Source: Candidatus Parcubacteria bacterium
Lineage (GTDB): Bacteria; Patescibacteriota; Minisyncoccia; UBA6257; HR35
NCBI GenBank assembly: GCA_025999335.1
Contig: AP024681.1
Span: 227,656 to 291,655, forward strand
Reading direction: 5' to 3'
Length of the DNA: 64,000 nt
How positions within the stretch are numbered: the first letter of the stretch is position 1; every line of letters starts with the position of its first letter. The position numbers were made by a program, and so were the translations under genes. A model generated the notes under the pieces. That model ran no database searches and was not told where the DNA came from. It saw only the letters and a list, made by a program, of their open reading frames with translations. This document shows, piece by piece, positions 1 through 10,603 of this stretch.

Positions 1-859
1 AATTTTTATCATTTTTAATATATTGCGACAATTCCATTGTCGCTGAAACATAACCAATAACTGCTTCAAACCAAACATAAAATCTTTTTTGCGAGATATT
101 TTTCAATAATAAATCCTTAGGTATATCTTTAACGGGTAATTTAACTCCCCAAAGAATATCTCTGGTAATATCCCTTGCTTTTAAGCCTTCTTTTAAAAAA
201 CCTAAAGATTCTCTTTTAACCCACTTTCGCCAATGATTGGCTTGTTGGATAAATTTTTTAAGCTCTGACTCAAATTGTCCTAAATCAAAAGCGTAATGTT
301 CTGTCTTGCGTAATTCAATAGCTTCTTTAGTTAATTTATCATAAGGATTGAGTAAATCTTGAGGCTCTAAAAGTCGTCCACAAACATCACATTGATCTGC
401 TCTTTGTTGTAAAGCTTGACAATATTTACATTGACCTTCAATATAACGATCAGGAAGAAATTTTTTCTTTGTTACAGAAAAAAATTGATAACTGTCTCGT
501 TTGAAAATATAGCCGTTCCTTAATAAGTTTATAAAAAAACGCTGAACATTTTTTTTATGAATTGTTGTAGTTGTTGAAGTGAAAATATCAAAACTAATAT
601 TATATTTTTTAATCAAACTTAAAATTTTAGGGTAATAGATAGCGATCAATTTTTCTGGAGTTATGCCTTTTTTTTCAGCTTCAATAGTTATAGGACTACC
701 GTGACAATCAGCCCCAGAAACCATAACTGTTTCATAACCTTTAAAACGACAATAACGAGCGAAAATATCAGCTGGCAACATATAACCAGCCAAATGACCT
801 ACGTGCAAAGCTCCGTTAACATAAGGCCAGGCAACGCCTATGAAAATTTTTTTTGCCAT
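1..859 (-). CDS. metG: methionyl-tRNA synthetase, N-terminal part (runs off window start)
   Basis: Manual translation from ATG at 859: MAKKIFIGVAWPYVNGALHVGHLAGYMLPADIFARYCR...SGADCHG, with HIGH-like HVGH and Zn-knuckle Cys motifs; not in the ORF track. Confidence 0.95.
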   Translation of the reverse strand, partial: MAKKIFIGVAWPYVNGALHVGHLAGYMLPADIFARYCRFKGYETVMVSGADCHGSPITIEAEKKGITPEKLIAIYYPKILSLIKKYNISFDIFTSTTTTIHKKNVQRFFINLLRNGYIFKRDSYQFFSVTKKKFLPDRYIEGQCKYCQALQQRADQCDVCGRLLEPQDLLNPYDKLTKEAIELRKTEHYAFDLGQFESELKKFIQQANHWRKWVKRESLGFLKEGLKARDITRDILWGVKLPVKDIPKDLLLKNISQKRFYVWFEAVIGYVSATMELSQYIKNDKN

Positions 860-863
860 AATA

Positions 864-2117
864 TTATTCAAGTCTTTTAATATAAGCGCCTATGTTTAAT
901 AATTTTTCTTCTATCTTTTCGTAGCCTCTATCTATTTTTTCAACATCATTAATAACTGTTTCGCCATAAGCATACAAAGCACCAATAAGCAAACTGATAC
1001 CTGAACGAATATCAAGCGAGCCAACTTCTTTACCAAAAAGAGGCGTTGGTCCAATAATAATAGCTCGATGAGGATCCAAAATTTCAACATTAGCGCCCAT
1101 AACTTTTAATTCATTAAGATAGCCAAAACGATTTTCATAAAGCCACTCGTGAATAAAAGACACGCCATAAGCTTGCGTCGCCATCACGCCAAAAGGTGGA
1201 TGAGCGTCACTAGGAAATTTGGGATGCAAACCTGTTTGAATTTTAGCGCCTTTTAAAAGAGAAGGCTTAAGAATAATATCTGTTTTTTTAAGAGAATAAT
1301 TAACGCCCATAGCCTTACAAACACTTAAAATAGCATCTAAAGACTCGTAATCATTGTTCTTTAAAATTAATTTATTTTTAATAACTGGCGTTAAGGCTAA
1401 AAAACTTGCTGTTTCTATATAATCAGGATTAACATAAAAAGAAACAAGTCTTTTTATTTTTTCTCCTTTAGATACTTCTAAAAAATGAGTTCCCGTACCT
1501 TTAATACGATAACCAGCTTTAATTAAAAATCTACATAAATGTTGTACGTGTGGCTCTAAAGACACTAATCGTAAAGAAATTTTTTTTGACGATAAACAGC
1601 TTGCCATAATTAATGTTTCTGTCGCTGTTACGCTTGCTTCTTTTAAAATAATAGTATCGTTTTGAAATTTTTTAAAACTGCCTAAAATCATATTACCCTT
1701 AACAGAAATCTTACAACCTAATTCTTGCAAACCTTCAAAATGAGCTTCCAAAGGACGAGCGCCAATAACATCGCCTCCAGGCAAATATGATTTAATCTTG
1801 CCGAAACGCACTAATAATGGACCTAAAAATAAAATAGAAGCCCTTAATTGTTTAACTTCATTAATAGTTAAAGGTCTATATTCAAGATTAGTTGTGTCTA
1901 TTATTAAAGTATTATCTTGAAATAAAGTTTCAGCTCCTAAATATTGCATTATTTTAAGCATCACTTCAACATCCTTAATTCGCGGAACATTTTTAAAAAT
2001 TACTTTACCTTTAACTAATATAGAAGCAGGAATTAAAGCTAAAATAGTATTTTTAGAACCACTAATATAAATTTCTCCGTTTAATTTTCTATGTCCTTTT
2101 ACTAAAAATTTAGCCAT
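864..2117 (-). CDS. murA: UDP-N-acetylglucosamine 1-carboxyvinyltransferase
   Basis: SGSKN, LRASIL, PGGDVIGARP, DIRSG and IDRGYE motifs. Confidence 0.95.
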   Translation of the reverse strand: MAKFLVKGHRKLNGEIYISGSKNTILALIPASILVKGKVIFKNVPRIKDVEVMLKIMQYLGAETLFQDNTLIIDTTNLEYRPLTINEVKQLRASILFLGPLLVRFGKIKSYLPGGDVIGARPLEAHFEGLQELGCKISVKGNMILGSFKKFQNDTIILKEASVTATETLIMASCLSSKKISLRLVSLEPHVQHLCRFLIKAGYRIKGTGTHFLEVSKGEKIKRLVSFYVNPDYIETASFLALTPVIKNKLILKNNDYESLDAILSVCKAMGVNYSLKKTDIILKPSLLKGAKIQTGLHPKFPSDAHPPFGVMATQAYGVSFIHEWLYENRFGYLNELKVMGANVEILDPHRAIIIGPTPLFGKEVGSLDIRSGISLLIGALYAYGETVINDVEKIDRGYEKIEEKLLNIGAYIKRLE

Positions 2118-2125
2118 AATTTAAT

Positions 2126-3157
2126 TTAAATTAACTTCATAAAAATATAAACAATAATTGCCAAAGATACGCCTATAGCGTTAACAATCCAAAGACGAAA
2201 AGTAATCAAGGCTTCATTCCAACCTTTAAATTTTAAATGATGATGAAGAGGCGCTATATGAAAAATTTTTCGATTAAAAAATTTTTTTGAACTAACTTGT
2301 AAAATAACTGATAAAGCTTCAATAACAAATACTAAACCAAAAAGAGGCAACAGTAAAATACTATTAGTAAAGAAACTCATAATAGCAATAACGCTACCAA
2401 TAGCAAAAGATCCAGTATTACCATCAAAAAATTTAGCTGGATAGAAATTAAACCATAAGTAAGCTATAATTGATCCTAATAAAGAAGCTCCAAAGGATGA
2501 TAAATTATAATCACCATTAATAAAAGCAAAGACAACGAGAGTTAAAATAATCATAAAACTTAAACCACCCAACAAACCATCGACGCCGTCAGTAATGTCA
2601 ACTGATAAAACCGTAGCTAAAAAAACAAAAATAAAGAAAAATAAAAAAGCCACGGTACCTACAAGAAAACGGTAATCAACAAAATCAATAAAATTAAAAT
2701 TTAATTTTGACACAAACCACCAAGCAAACAATAAAGCAATACTAAAATAAACTATTAAAATATCTCTTTTTTTTAAGCCAAATTGATTAACATGCCTAGC
2801 TATATCATCTAATAAACCAAAAAAACCTCCTAAAAATAGAGCCGCTAAAGGTAAATATGTTTCTCGTCGATCAAGAAAATTTAAAAAAGCAAAAAAAGAA
2901 ATATATTGAGATAAATAATAAAATGTAAAAGCTAAAATAATTGTTGGCAACCAAAGCAAAACACCTCCCATAGTCGGCGTACCTTCTTTTTCTTTGTTAA
3001 TCTGATTAAAAATTACTGTCTTTGCTTTAGATTTATTCACTAAATTAAATTTTAATGCTATTTTTAAATACAAAGGTACAAACTTTAAAGTCGTTAAAAA
3101 TGAAATTAACGCTAAAAAAAATAATTTAATAATATTTAAAGCAATATTAGTTTCCAT
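2126..3157 (-). CDS. mraY: phospho-N-acetylmuramoyl-pentapeptide transferase
   Basis: KEGTPTMGG, GLLDD, TDGVDGL, APLHHH motifs; multi-TM. Confidence 0.93.
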   Translation of the reverse strand: METNIALNIIKLFFLALISFLTTLKFVPLYLKIALKFNLVNKSKAKTVIFNQINKEKEGTPTMGGVLLWLPTIILAFTFYYLSQYISFFAFLNFLDRRETYLPLAALFLGGFFGLLDDIARHVNQFGLKKRDILIVYFSIALLFAWWFVSKLNFNFIDFVDYRFLVGTVAFLFFFIFVFLATVLSVDITDGVDGLLGGLSFMIILTLVVFAFINGDYNLSSFGASLLGSIIAYLWFNFYPAKFFDGNTGSFAIGSVIAIMSFFTNSILLLPLFGLVFVIEALSVILQVSSKKFFNRKIFHIAPLHHHLKFKGWNEALITFRLWIVNAIGVSLAIIVYIFMKLI

Positions 3158-4046
3158 AATAATTTTTCAAAGCATTAATTAAATATTCAAAATCTTGAAA
3201 ACGATTATCGGAATCTAAAATAACCACAGCTAAAAATGGAGAATTGGCAAATTTAACCAAAGCTACTAAACACTCATTAGCAGAAGGAGTAAATCCTGTC
3301 TTTGAGCCAATAATAATATTTTTATATTTAGGCAACAAAATATTAGTTGTCCAAACTCTTTTATTATTAATAACCACAAATTCAAAATTACTTAAAGATA
3401 AAACATCGGGTCTTGAGGTGTATATTTTTTCAAGCAACAAAGATAAATCATAAGCTGTTGACAGATTATTGCCAACACCGGTCACATCCGTAAAAGAAGT
3501 ATTCAACATATTAAATTCTTTGGCTGTTTTGTTCATCAAAGCGATAAAATCATTAAGTCCATAAGTTTTTGCTAAAAGATAAATCGCATCATTGCTCGAA
3601 CCTACAAGAGAAACTTTAAAAATATCATTACGACTTATGCGTTCACCAACAACAAAATTGCCTATAGTGCCTAACTGATCAATGGATTCTTGGTCAAAAG
3701 TAAATATATCAGACTCTTTGAAAAGATTAAAACCTAAATAAACGCTCATTAATTTAGTGATTGAAGCAATATTCTTTTTAACAAAAATATTTTTGCTTAA
3801 TAAAGTATCACCGTTTAATTCTCTTACTAAAAAAGCTTTAGCTTTTATTGAATTAACATCAATATTCAAAGAATTAACATTATCGCTGACTTTAGAATTG
3901 TTATTTGATTTATTAACAACACTATTAAGATTAGTTAAATCAACAATAAAATTTTGACGCGCATTAGCTACGAACGAACCACCGCTATTAGGCGTAGAAA
4001 AATTAAATATATTTAATAAACTTAAGACCAATAAAATAAAAATCAT
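3147..4046 (-). CDS. D-alanyl-D-alanine carboxypeptidase (peptidase S11)
   Basis: SxxK (ASITK), SxN (SSN), KTG; N-terminal hydrophobic signal. Confidence 0.88.
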   Translation of the reverse strand: MIFILLVLSLLNIFNFSTPNSGGSFVANARQNFIVDLTNLNSVVNKSNNNSKVSDNVNSLNIDVNSIKAKAFLVRELNGDTLLSKNIFVKKNIASITKLMSVYLGFNLFKESDIFTFDQESIDQLGTIGNFVVGERISRNDIFKVSLVGSSNDAIYLLAKTYGLNDFIALMNKTAKEFNMLNTSFTDVTGVGNNLSTAYDLSLLLEKIYTSRPDVLSLSNFEFVVINNKRVWTTNILLPKYKNIIIGSKTGFTPSANECLVALVKFANSPFLAVVILDSDNRFQDFEYLINALKNYYGN

Positions 4047-4163
4047 TAATAAGCTAAAATTTTATAATTACAATATAATTTTAACAAATTTTAATTTTAG
4101 GCAAATCTAAAATATGTACTTTTGTTAAGCATCAATAAACAAATTTTTATAACTAATCAGTAA

Positions 4164-4430
4164 TTAACGATTTGGAGTGTTAACTTTTAAAGCAATAGAA
4201 GCTCCCACGGAACCGCCTATGCTTTTAGCTATTTTTCTAACGGCATTAATAGTGGAGCCTTTTTTGCCAATAATCAGACTAAGAATATCTTTAGGTCCAG
4301 TAATTTCAATAAGAACTCCTCTTTCGTCAATATTGGACTTAAACTCTAATTGCTCGACCTTACTTTTATCGACCCACAAAGAAAATAATGTCCTTATTCT
4401 TTCTTCAATATCTTTTAATTTATCTGCCAT
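4164..4430 (-). CDS. KH-domain RNA-binding protein (KhpA-like); ATG at 4430 preferred over TTG at 4439
   Basis: IIGKKGSTINAVR GxxG loop, about 88 aa. Confidence 0.85.
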   Translation of the reverse strand: MADKLKDIEERIRTLFSLWVDKSKVEQLEFKSNIDERGVLIEITGPKDILSLIIGKKGSTINAVRKIAKSIGGSVGASIALKVNTPNR

Positions 4431-4538
4431 TGAAAACAATAAAAGATTAATTTAATAATTCGACATTTAATGCAAATTTATTATTAATATTTTATCAAAT
4501 TTTTTTAATTTTGATTAATTTAATTAAACCTAATAAAG

Positions 4539-4612
4539 AGCCAGGGACGGGATTTGAACCCGTGACCTCCGCATTACCAGAGCGGTGCTCTAACCAACTG
4601 AGCTACCCTGGC
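4539..4612 (-). tRNA. tRNA-Thr(GGT)
   Basis: GCCAGGG acceptor, TAGCTCAGTTGGTTAGAGC D arm, CT-GGT-AA loop, GGTTCAAATCC T arm; no encoded CCA. Confidence 0.93.
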
Positions 4613-4664
4613 ATAATAATGAAATTTTACAGAATCCATTGTTAAATTTTAACTTAAAAAATAG

Positions 4665-6815
4665 CTATTCATTACGAGTGCGGTAAATATTATAACCATT
4701 ATCTTCCTTAGAAATAAAATAAACATTGCCTTGATTATAGGCAAGAGAAAGTATGTTTGCATTCTCTCCTTTTGGTGTTGTTGCTATTAACCTTCCTAAT
4801 GGTCCAAATTGAATTTCATGTTTTATTAATTGTTTGTTACGTTTATTAAATAAATTGACGTTTATCTTGTTAGAAGAACTTAATTTAGCAACCTTAAGAA
4901 TTTCTATATTATCAATGGTTTTAATATTATTATCAAAAGTTATTATATGCGAAGACGCTGATGAACTGCTATTATTAATATACATTGCTACTGGACTACC
5001 GCTAGTTGCTTTTGCTAAAAAAGCATAAGCAGATCCTTCTGGGCTAAAAAATATTTTTTCAGATACTTTATAAAATTCATTCTCTTGAATCTCGCCATCA
5101 ATCTTGCCAATGCCGACAGTTGATTTTTTTTCAGATAAATTAGAGCCAATAAAACCAAAGTAATCTCCTCTTAACTCTAAAAAACTAACTAAATCATAAG
5201 GACCAAAAGATATTTCTGGATTCGCCATTGAACTTGTAGCAATTATGTTAACATAAGTTTTAAAATCATCGTCTATGCTAGAATACAAATAAGGACCAGA
5301 TGAAGTTACATTAGGCGTTAAAACATTACTAATAGCTTTGTAAGGTCCGTATTCATTATAAGGAGTAATTAAATATTGATCATCATCTTTAAAGCCAATT
5401 AAATAATTAGAATAATTAATAACTAAATTATAATAACCAAAAACTCTCTGCTCGTTTAAGAAAGCAACATAATATCTATTATTGATAACATAAATTAAAT
5501 AATCAGGATTAAAATTGTAATTAAAGAGTATATCAAAAGGACCATAGACATTTGGGATATCACTTTCCTGTAAAATATCTATAGGAATTACTGTTAAAGT
5601 GCCAGCGCTAACCGCCGAAATGTGAATATTACTTGAACTTGCATTAACAAAATCAGAAACCCTACCAAAACTAATTAATGTCTTATTATCAACATTAAAA
5701 ATAAAAGCGTATTTTTCACCATCTTGAGAAAATCTAAGATCATAAACAAAACCGTTTACTGGAACTTCTTTATTATTAATATTAATAAAATATCGCGTCC
5801 TTCCATCGTCAGTTTTTTTAGTTGCAATAAAACCAAAAGTTGAAGTTGTATAACTTTCAGAAAAAACAAACTTTTCTATTTTATCATAAGGACCTTTAGT
5901 ATAACCATTAACATAAATATACATTTCTCTTTTAGAAGGAGTTGAACTAAGATAAGTAAAAGCAAAATTATTATTAGGAGCAAAATAGATATTGTCAACT
6001 CTTGATAAATTGTCAAATGTTAACAAAGACCCGAGGCTTAACGATGACGATGATTTTAAAAGAAAACTTTTTCCATCATTTTTAATTCCACTTACCACAT
6101 AACCTCTACTATAAGGATCAAAAATAATTCTATCAATAGTTTGTATGGAACCACTAATAGATGATAAATTTACCTCTTCTCTATTAATATATAATTTACC
6201 ATCAGCATAAAAAGCATAACTATCGCCATTTTTTTCTAAAATAGGCCTTGAAACCTTTTTAAAAGGACCTAATCTTTGATTTTTATTATAAACATATAAA
6301 TCTTTACTTCGATTACGTTTAACTAAAACTGCTATAAAATCACTGCCATCATCAGTTAAATCAAAGCTTCTAACCGTTATTGAAGAAGTATTAATAACTT
6401 CATCGCTACTAGTAGAAAAGAAAAATATAGTTACTAGATTTCCCTTTTTGCCTATAAAACCATAACTCGTATTATTTTTAGAAATTTTAGGTCCATCTAA
6501 TTGATTATAATCAGACCAACTATCGCATGACGATTCTGACGATTCTAACGATTCTTTGGTAATAATTAAAAATTTTTTATTATTGCTTTGTTTAAAAATT
6601 GCCACGGCTCTATTAGTATTAGAGGCAATGGTAAATAATTCTATTCTGCCTTTAAGATTATCTATAGAACAAACCAAAGGGAAATTCTCGGGACCTCCAA
6701 CTGCTTTAACTATTTTTATGGTTTTTAAAAAAAATATATCAATAAAAATTAAAAAGATTAACAATAAAAAGGTTAGACAATAAATAAATAGAATTTTATT
6801 TCTAAAATCATTCAT
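4665..6815 (-). CDS. large secreted/membrane-anchored repeat protein, probable beta-propeller (TolB/PD40-like)
   Basis: N-terminal TM; recurring GP(Y/F)D...FSxDG..YAF repeats. Confidence 0.55.
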   Translation of the reverse strand: MNDFRNKILFIYCLTFLLLIFLIFIDIFFLKTIKIVKAVGGPENFPLVCSIDNLKGRIELFTIASNTNRAVAIFKQSNNKKFLIITKESLESSESSCDSWSDYNQLDGPKISKNNTSYGFIGKKGNLVTIFFFSTSSDEVINTSSITVRSFDLTDDGSDFIAVLVKRNRSKDLYVYNKNQRLGPFKKVSRPILEKNGDSYAFYADGKLYINREEVNLSSISGSIQTIDRIIFDPYSRGYVVSGIKNDGKSFLLKSSSSLSLGSLLTFDNLSRVDNIYFAPNNNFAFTYLSSTPSKREMYIYVNGYTKGPYDKIEKFVFSESYTTSTFGFIATKKTDDGRTRYFININNKEVPVNGFVYDLRFSQDGEKYAFIFNVDNKTLISFGRVSDFVNASSSNIHISAVSAGTLTVIPIDILQESDIPNVYGPFDILFNYNFNPDYLIYVINNRYYVAFLNEQRVFGYYNLVINYSNYLIGFKDDDQYLITPYNEYGPYKAISNVLTPNVTSSGPYLYSSIDDDFKTYVNIIATSSMANPEISFGPYDLVSFLELRGDYFGFIGSNLSEKKSTVGIGKIDGEIQENEFYKVSEKIFFSPEGSAYAFLAKATSGSPVAMYINNSSSSASSHIITFDNNIKTIDNIEILKVAKLSSSNKINVNLFNKRNKQLIKHEIQFGPLGRLIATTPKGENANILSLAYNQGNVYFISKEDNGYNIYRTRNE

Positions 6816-6827
6816 ACTATTATCTTA

Positions 6828-7994
6828 TCACAAAAAGAAATTTTTAAAAAATCCGGTTAAACGACTTATAAAACTTTTTCGCGGCATATTATGCTCAAAA
6901 AAATAAGCTAAACCTAAAGAATTAAGGTATATCAATTCATCTTTGTTTAAAATATTATAAATATCTGAATTTTTTTTAACTAAATAGCCTGAATATTTCT
7001 TTAGAACTGTTTCAATTTCAGGAATAAAAGCTCCGCCGCCTATTAAATAAATTCCACTAGGTAAACGATAATTTTCTTTTAATTTCAAAAAAAGCTGCGA
7101 TAAATTATATTTTTTCCAATAAAAGAAAAATTTTTTTTCTAAAATTTTAGCAAAACTATGATAATTAAATCTTTCCTTGCCAAGTTTATTGCCTATTTTT
7201 TGTTTTTTATCTTTGTAATTAATAATATTCGCCATAAATTCAAAAACTTGCTTAACTTCTACGCCTAAATCAATAGCTAAATCTTCAATCAAATTACCCA
7301 AACCGAATTCAATATTTTGATAAAAATTTAATTTACCATCAACAAAAACACTTACATTAAATAAACGATAACCAAAATCAACAACAATCACTCCTAATTC
7401 TTTATCTTTTTTAGGAAACAAAACATAAGACGAAGCAATGGGATTGGGTAAAATGCAATCAATATCAATGTCGTTTTTAGCAAAAAAATCTTTAATTTTA
7501 TTAAGCGAAGCTTTTAAAGCTTGAATAATGCAAAAATCAATTTCTAAAGTCCGAGCTTCCGCGCCTAAAGGATCTCTAATTTTTGCTGGCGAACCATCCA
7601 AATAATAGCTTATAGCTTCTTCGTATAAAGTTTCATAATTACCAGAAGCTAAAGAAGCTTTAGCAATTAAAAAACATTTTTTTATATCACCTTCGCTAAC
7701 ATATTTTTCAGAAACAGCTACCTTGCTTTTAGTCCGATGAAAAGAAAAATAAGAAGCATTGTAGGAAAGAATAATATTTTTCAAAGAAATATCTAATTGC
7801 TCAGCTATTTCTTTAAGCGGAATTATTACTTCTTCAAGAAAATTATTTTCATCTATAATTTCTCCATTAGAAAATGATTCAATATTTTTATTTAATTTTG
7901 TTAAAATATTAATCTGACCATTTTCATCTTCTTCAATAACAAGCAATTTTAATGTCTGATTGCCTAAATCTAAAGAAAAAATTTTATCTTTCAT
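6828..7994 (-). CDS. ftsA: cell division protein FtsA (divergent)
   Basis: SLDLGNQ phosphate-1, KELGVIVVDFG, GIYLIGGGA actin-fold motifs. Confidence 0.85.
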   Translation of the reverse strand: MKDKIFSLDLGNQTLKLLVIEEDENGQINILTKLNKNIESFSNGEIIDENNFLEEVIIPLKEIAEQLDISLKNIILSYNASYFSFHRTKSKVAVSEKYVSEGDIKKCFLIAKASLASGNYETLYEEAISYYLDGSPAKIRDPLGAEARTLEIDFCIIQALKASLNKIKDFFAKNDIDIDCILPNPIASSYVLFPKKDKELGVIVVDFGYRLFNVSVFVDGKLNFYQNIEFGLGNLIEDLAIDLGVEVKQVFEFMANIINYKDKKQKIGNKLGKERFNYHSFAKILEKKFFFYWKKYNLSQLFLKLKENYRLPSGIYLIGGGAFIPEIETVLKKYSGYLVKKNSDIYNILNKDELIYLNSLGLAYFFEHNMPRKSFISRLTGFFKNFFL

Positions 7995-8272
7995 AGTTCC
8001 TTGCCTGGATACTGAATCTCGCTAATATACCTTCTACCCAATTTATATGCTTTTTCAAAGGGCCAACCTTCTTTCATCTTTTTTTTAATAAAGTACTGGA
8101 GTTTTAACTTATATAGTTTATTTTCTTTTTTAGCCCGTTCATTAGGTTTTTTCAAACGATACATTTTCGACTTTACTTCAAGAACCACGCCGCTTTTATT
8201 AAAACGCGTCAAAAATCTCTTTAACAATTGAGATTTTGATTCACCGCTTTTTCTTCTAACCTTAACTTTCAT
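7991..8272 (-). CDS. rpsU: 30S ribosomal protein bS21 with C-terminal extension
   Basis: VKVRRKSGES..QLLKRF...SGVVLEVK...KP pattern. Confidence 0.75.
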   Translation of the reverse strand: MKVKVRRKSGESKSQLLKRFLTRFNKSGVVLEVKSKMYRLKKPNERAKKENKLYKLKLQYFIKKKMKEGWPFEKAYKLGRRYISEIQYPGKEL

Positions 8273-8673
8273 TTTTTAATTAAATTAAAAATTTCTTCTA
8301 CCGACTCTTGCGGAGGATTATAAACAACTGAATGAATTGATCCTCCTTTATCATTGGGAAAACGTGGAATAATATGAAAATGAAAATGTTTAATTGTCTG
8401 TCCAGCTATCTCGCCTTGATTAACACCAAAAGTAAAACTATTGGTTTGCAGTTTCTTGCTGAGCAAATTAACACACTGCTTAACAAAGGATATAAATTCA
8501 TTGCCCAAAGCTTCGCTTAAGTCAAAAAAATTTTCATAATGATTCTTAGGAATAACAACGCTATGTCCAGGCGCATGGGGATGAATATCTAAAAAAGCAA
8601 TAAAATTGTCTGACTCATCAATAATAAAAGCTGGGATTTCTTTTTTGCTTATTTTACAAAAAATACAATTCAT
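8269..8673 (-). CDS. HIT family nucleotide hydrolase
   Basis: CIFC, AFLDIHP, GQTIKHFHFHIIPR. Confidence 0.93.
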   Translation of the reverse strand: MNCIFCKISKKEIPAFIIDESDNFIAFLDIHPHAPGHSVVIPKNHYENFFDLSEALGNEFISFVKQCVNLLSKKLQTNSFTFGVNQGEIAGQTIKHFHFHIIPRFPNDKGGSIHSVVYNPPQESVEEIFNLIKK

Positions 8674-8684
8674 AATATTTTTGC

Positions 8685-9950
8685 TTATTTATATTTAATG
8701 ATTTTTTTTAATTCCAAGGGTAAATTTTTTAATTTCAAAACTTCTTGCGTTCCGTGCTCCATTTCTTTTAAAATAATCGATTCTCGGCTTAATTCCTGAA
8801 ACCCTAAGATTAAAGAATATTTTAAACCATTTTTATTAGCAAATTCAAGTTGACTGGCTAAACTGCTTTTAAAAAAATTTGCCAAAGGATTAAAACCGTG
8901 CGCTTGCAAATCTAAATATATTTCAAAAGCTTTAGGTCTAATCTCTTCACCGGTAAAAGCTACAAATATCTTTGGTTTTTCAAATTTATATTTGAAATCA
9001 ATATTATCTAAAACTATTTTTAGTCTTTCTAAGCCAACAGCGCCACCAACAGATGGTAAAGATATATTACCAATCACTGGTCCTAAATCATAACGACCGC
9101 CACTAGCTATAGCAAAATCAAATTGTTCAACAAAAATCTCAAAAACAGTTCGAGAATAATAATCAAAACCACGCACTAAAGTTTTATCAAGCTCATAATC
9201 AATATGAAAATACTCAAATAATTCTAAAACTTTTTGAAAATGTAACTTGCAAAATTTACAGAGAAAGTCTAAAATATTCGGAGCATTTTGTTTATAAACA
9301 AGGTCTTTTTCATTTTTGCAATCTAATAAACGCAAAGGGTTTAATTTAAAACGTCTTTGACAATCTGAACAAATTTTATTTTTTAATGGCCTATAGTAGC
9401 TAAGTAAATTTTTTCGGAATTTTTTGCTGCATTTCGCACAACCTAAACTATTCAATTTAATTTTTATACCATTTATTTTCACTTTTTTAAAAAAACTCAT
9501 AATAGTAAAGATAATATAAAAATCAGCGAAAGGATCTTCAGAGTTTAATATTTCTAAACCCCACTGACGATGCTCTCTTAATCGACCATGCTGAGGCCTT
9601 TCCCGTCGATACATTGTTCCAAGATAAAACAAAGATACCGGCTGCGGCAAACTATTCATCCCATTTTCAAAATAAGCTCTAACGATAGAAGCTGTATTTT
9701 CAGGCCTTAAAACAAAATAATCGCCACTATCTTTATTTTTTAAATAAAACATTTCCTTTTCAATAACATCAGAAGTTGTTCCTAAACTGGCAGTAAAAGT
9801 TTTTACATTTTCAACTAAAGGAGTTTCAATATAATTAAAATTATGCAAAAGAGAAAAGTCAGCTAATAAATTTCTAATAAATAAATAAAACTTTGCTTCT
9901 TCGCCAAAAATATCTTTCATTCCCCGAGGTTTTTGTACTTTTAATTTCAT
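8685..9950 (-). CDS. hisS: histidyl-tRNA synthetase
   Basis: LRPENTA, RRERPQHGRLREH, LVRGFDYY, GGRYD. Confidence 0.96.
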   Translation of the reverse strand: MKLKVQKPRGMKDIFGEEAKFYLFIRNLLADFSLLHNFNYIETPLVENVKTFTASLGTTSDVIEKEMFYLKNKDSGDYFVLRPENTASIVRAYFENGMNSLPQPVSLFYLGTMYRRERPQHGRLREHRQWGLEILNSEDPFADFYIIFTIMSFFKKVKINGIKIKLNSLGCAKCSKKFRKNLLSYYRPLKNKICSDCQRRFKLNPLRLLDCKNEKDLVYKQNAPNILDFLCKFCKLHFQKVLELFEYFHIDYELDKTLVRGFDYYSRTVFEIFVEQFDFAIASGGRYDLGPVIGNISLPSVGGAVGLERLKIVLDNIDFKYKFEKPKIFVAFTGEEIRPKAFEIYLDLQAHGFNPLANFFKSSLASQLEFANKNGLKYSLILGFQELSRESIILKEMEHGTQEVLKLKNLPLELKKIIKYK

Positions 9951-9999
9951 AATTTAAAAAAATAATTAATTACGAAGACGCTTGAAATTAATAATTAAT

Positions 10000-10530
10000 T
10001 TAAAACCGTAAGGCTCGTGCTAATTTAACAAAAGATAACTGCAGTAAAACTTTGCCAACAATATTTTTTTTGCTAATAGTGCCCCAACTTCGTGAATCAT
10101 AACTAACTTCCCGATTATCTCCTAAAACAAAATATTCATCTTCGCCTAAAGTAATATTTTTATAACCAGCCGTGTAATGATTTTGTAAGTAATCTTCTTT
10201 AAGAACAAAACCTAAGGGATTTTCTTCATTATAAACAATAATTTTATCATTATTAATCACAATTCTTTCTTTAGGCAATCCGATTAATCTTTTAATATAA
10301 TAAATATTTCTATCAAAAGGAGGGTGAAAAACAATAATATCGCCTCTTTTTGGTTCTTGAAGGCGATAAGAAAATTTATCAATAATTAAATAATCAAAAT
10401 TATGAAAATTAGGTTCCATACTCTCCCCTTGCACCAAAAAAGGTTCTAATAAAAACATACGGATAGGCAAAATAACTAAAACAAATAATAATATTAACTC
10501 AATAATATTAAATATCCATTCTTTTTTCAT
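10000..10530 (-). CDS. lepB: signal peptidase I
   Basis: GESMEP (Ser), IKRLIGLP (Lys), GDNR..SYDSR.WG. Confidence 0.95.
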   Translation of the reverse strand: MKKEWIFNIIELILLFVLVILPIRMFLLEPFLVQGESMEPNFHNFDYLIIDKFSYRLQEPKRGDIIVFHPPFDRNIYYIKRLIGLPKERIVINNDKIIVYNEENPLGFVLKEDYLQNHYTAGYKNITLGEDEYFVLGDNREVSYDSRSWGTISKKNIVGKVLLQLSFVKLARALRF

Positions 10531-10603
10531 CTTAAAAATTTTAAAAAAAATTAATTATAATATTATAACATAATTAATAAATAAGTTTGAGCTTTAATGA
10601 TAA

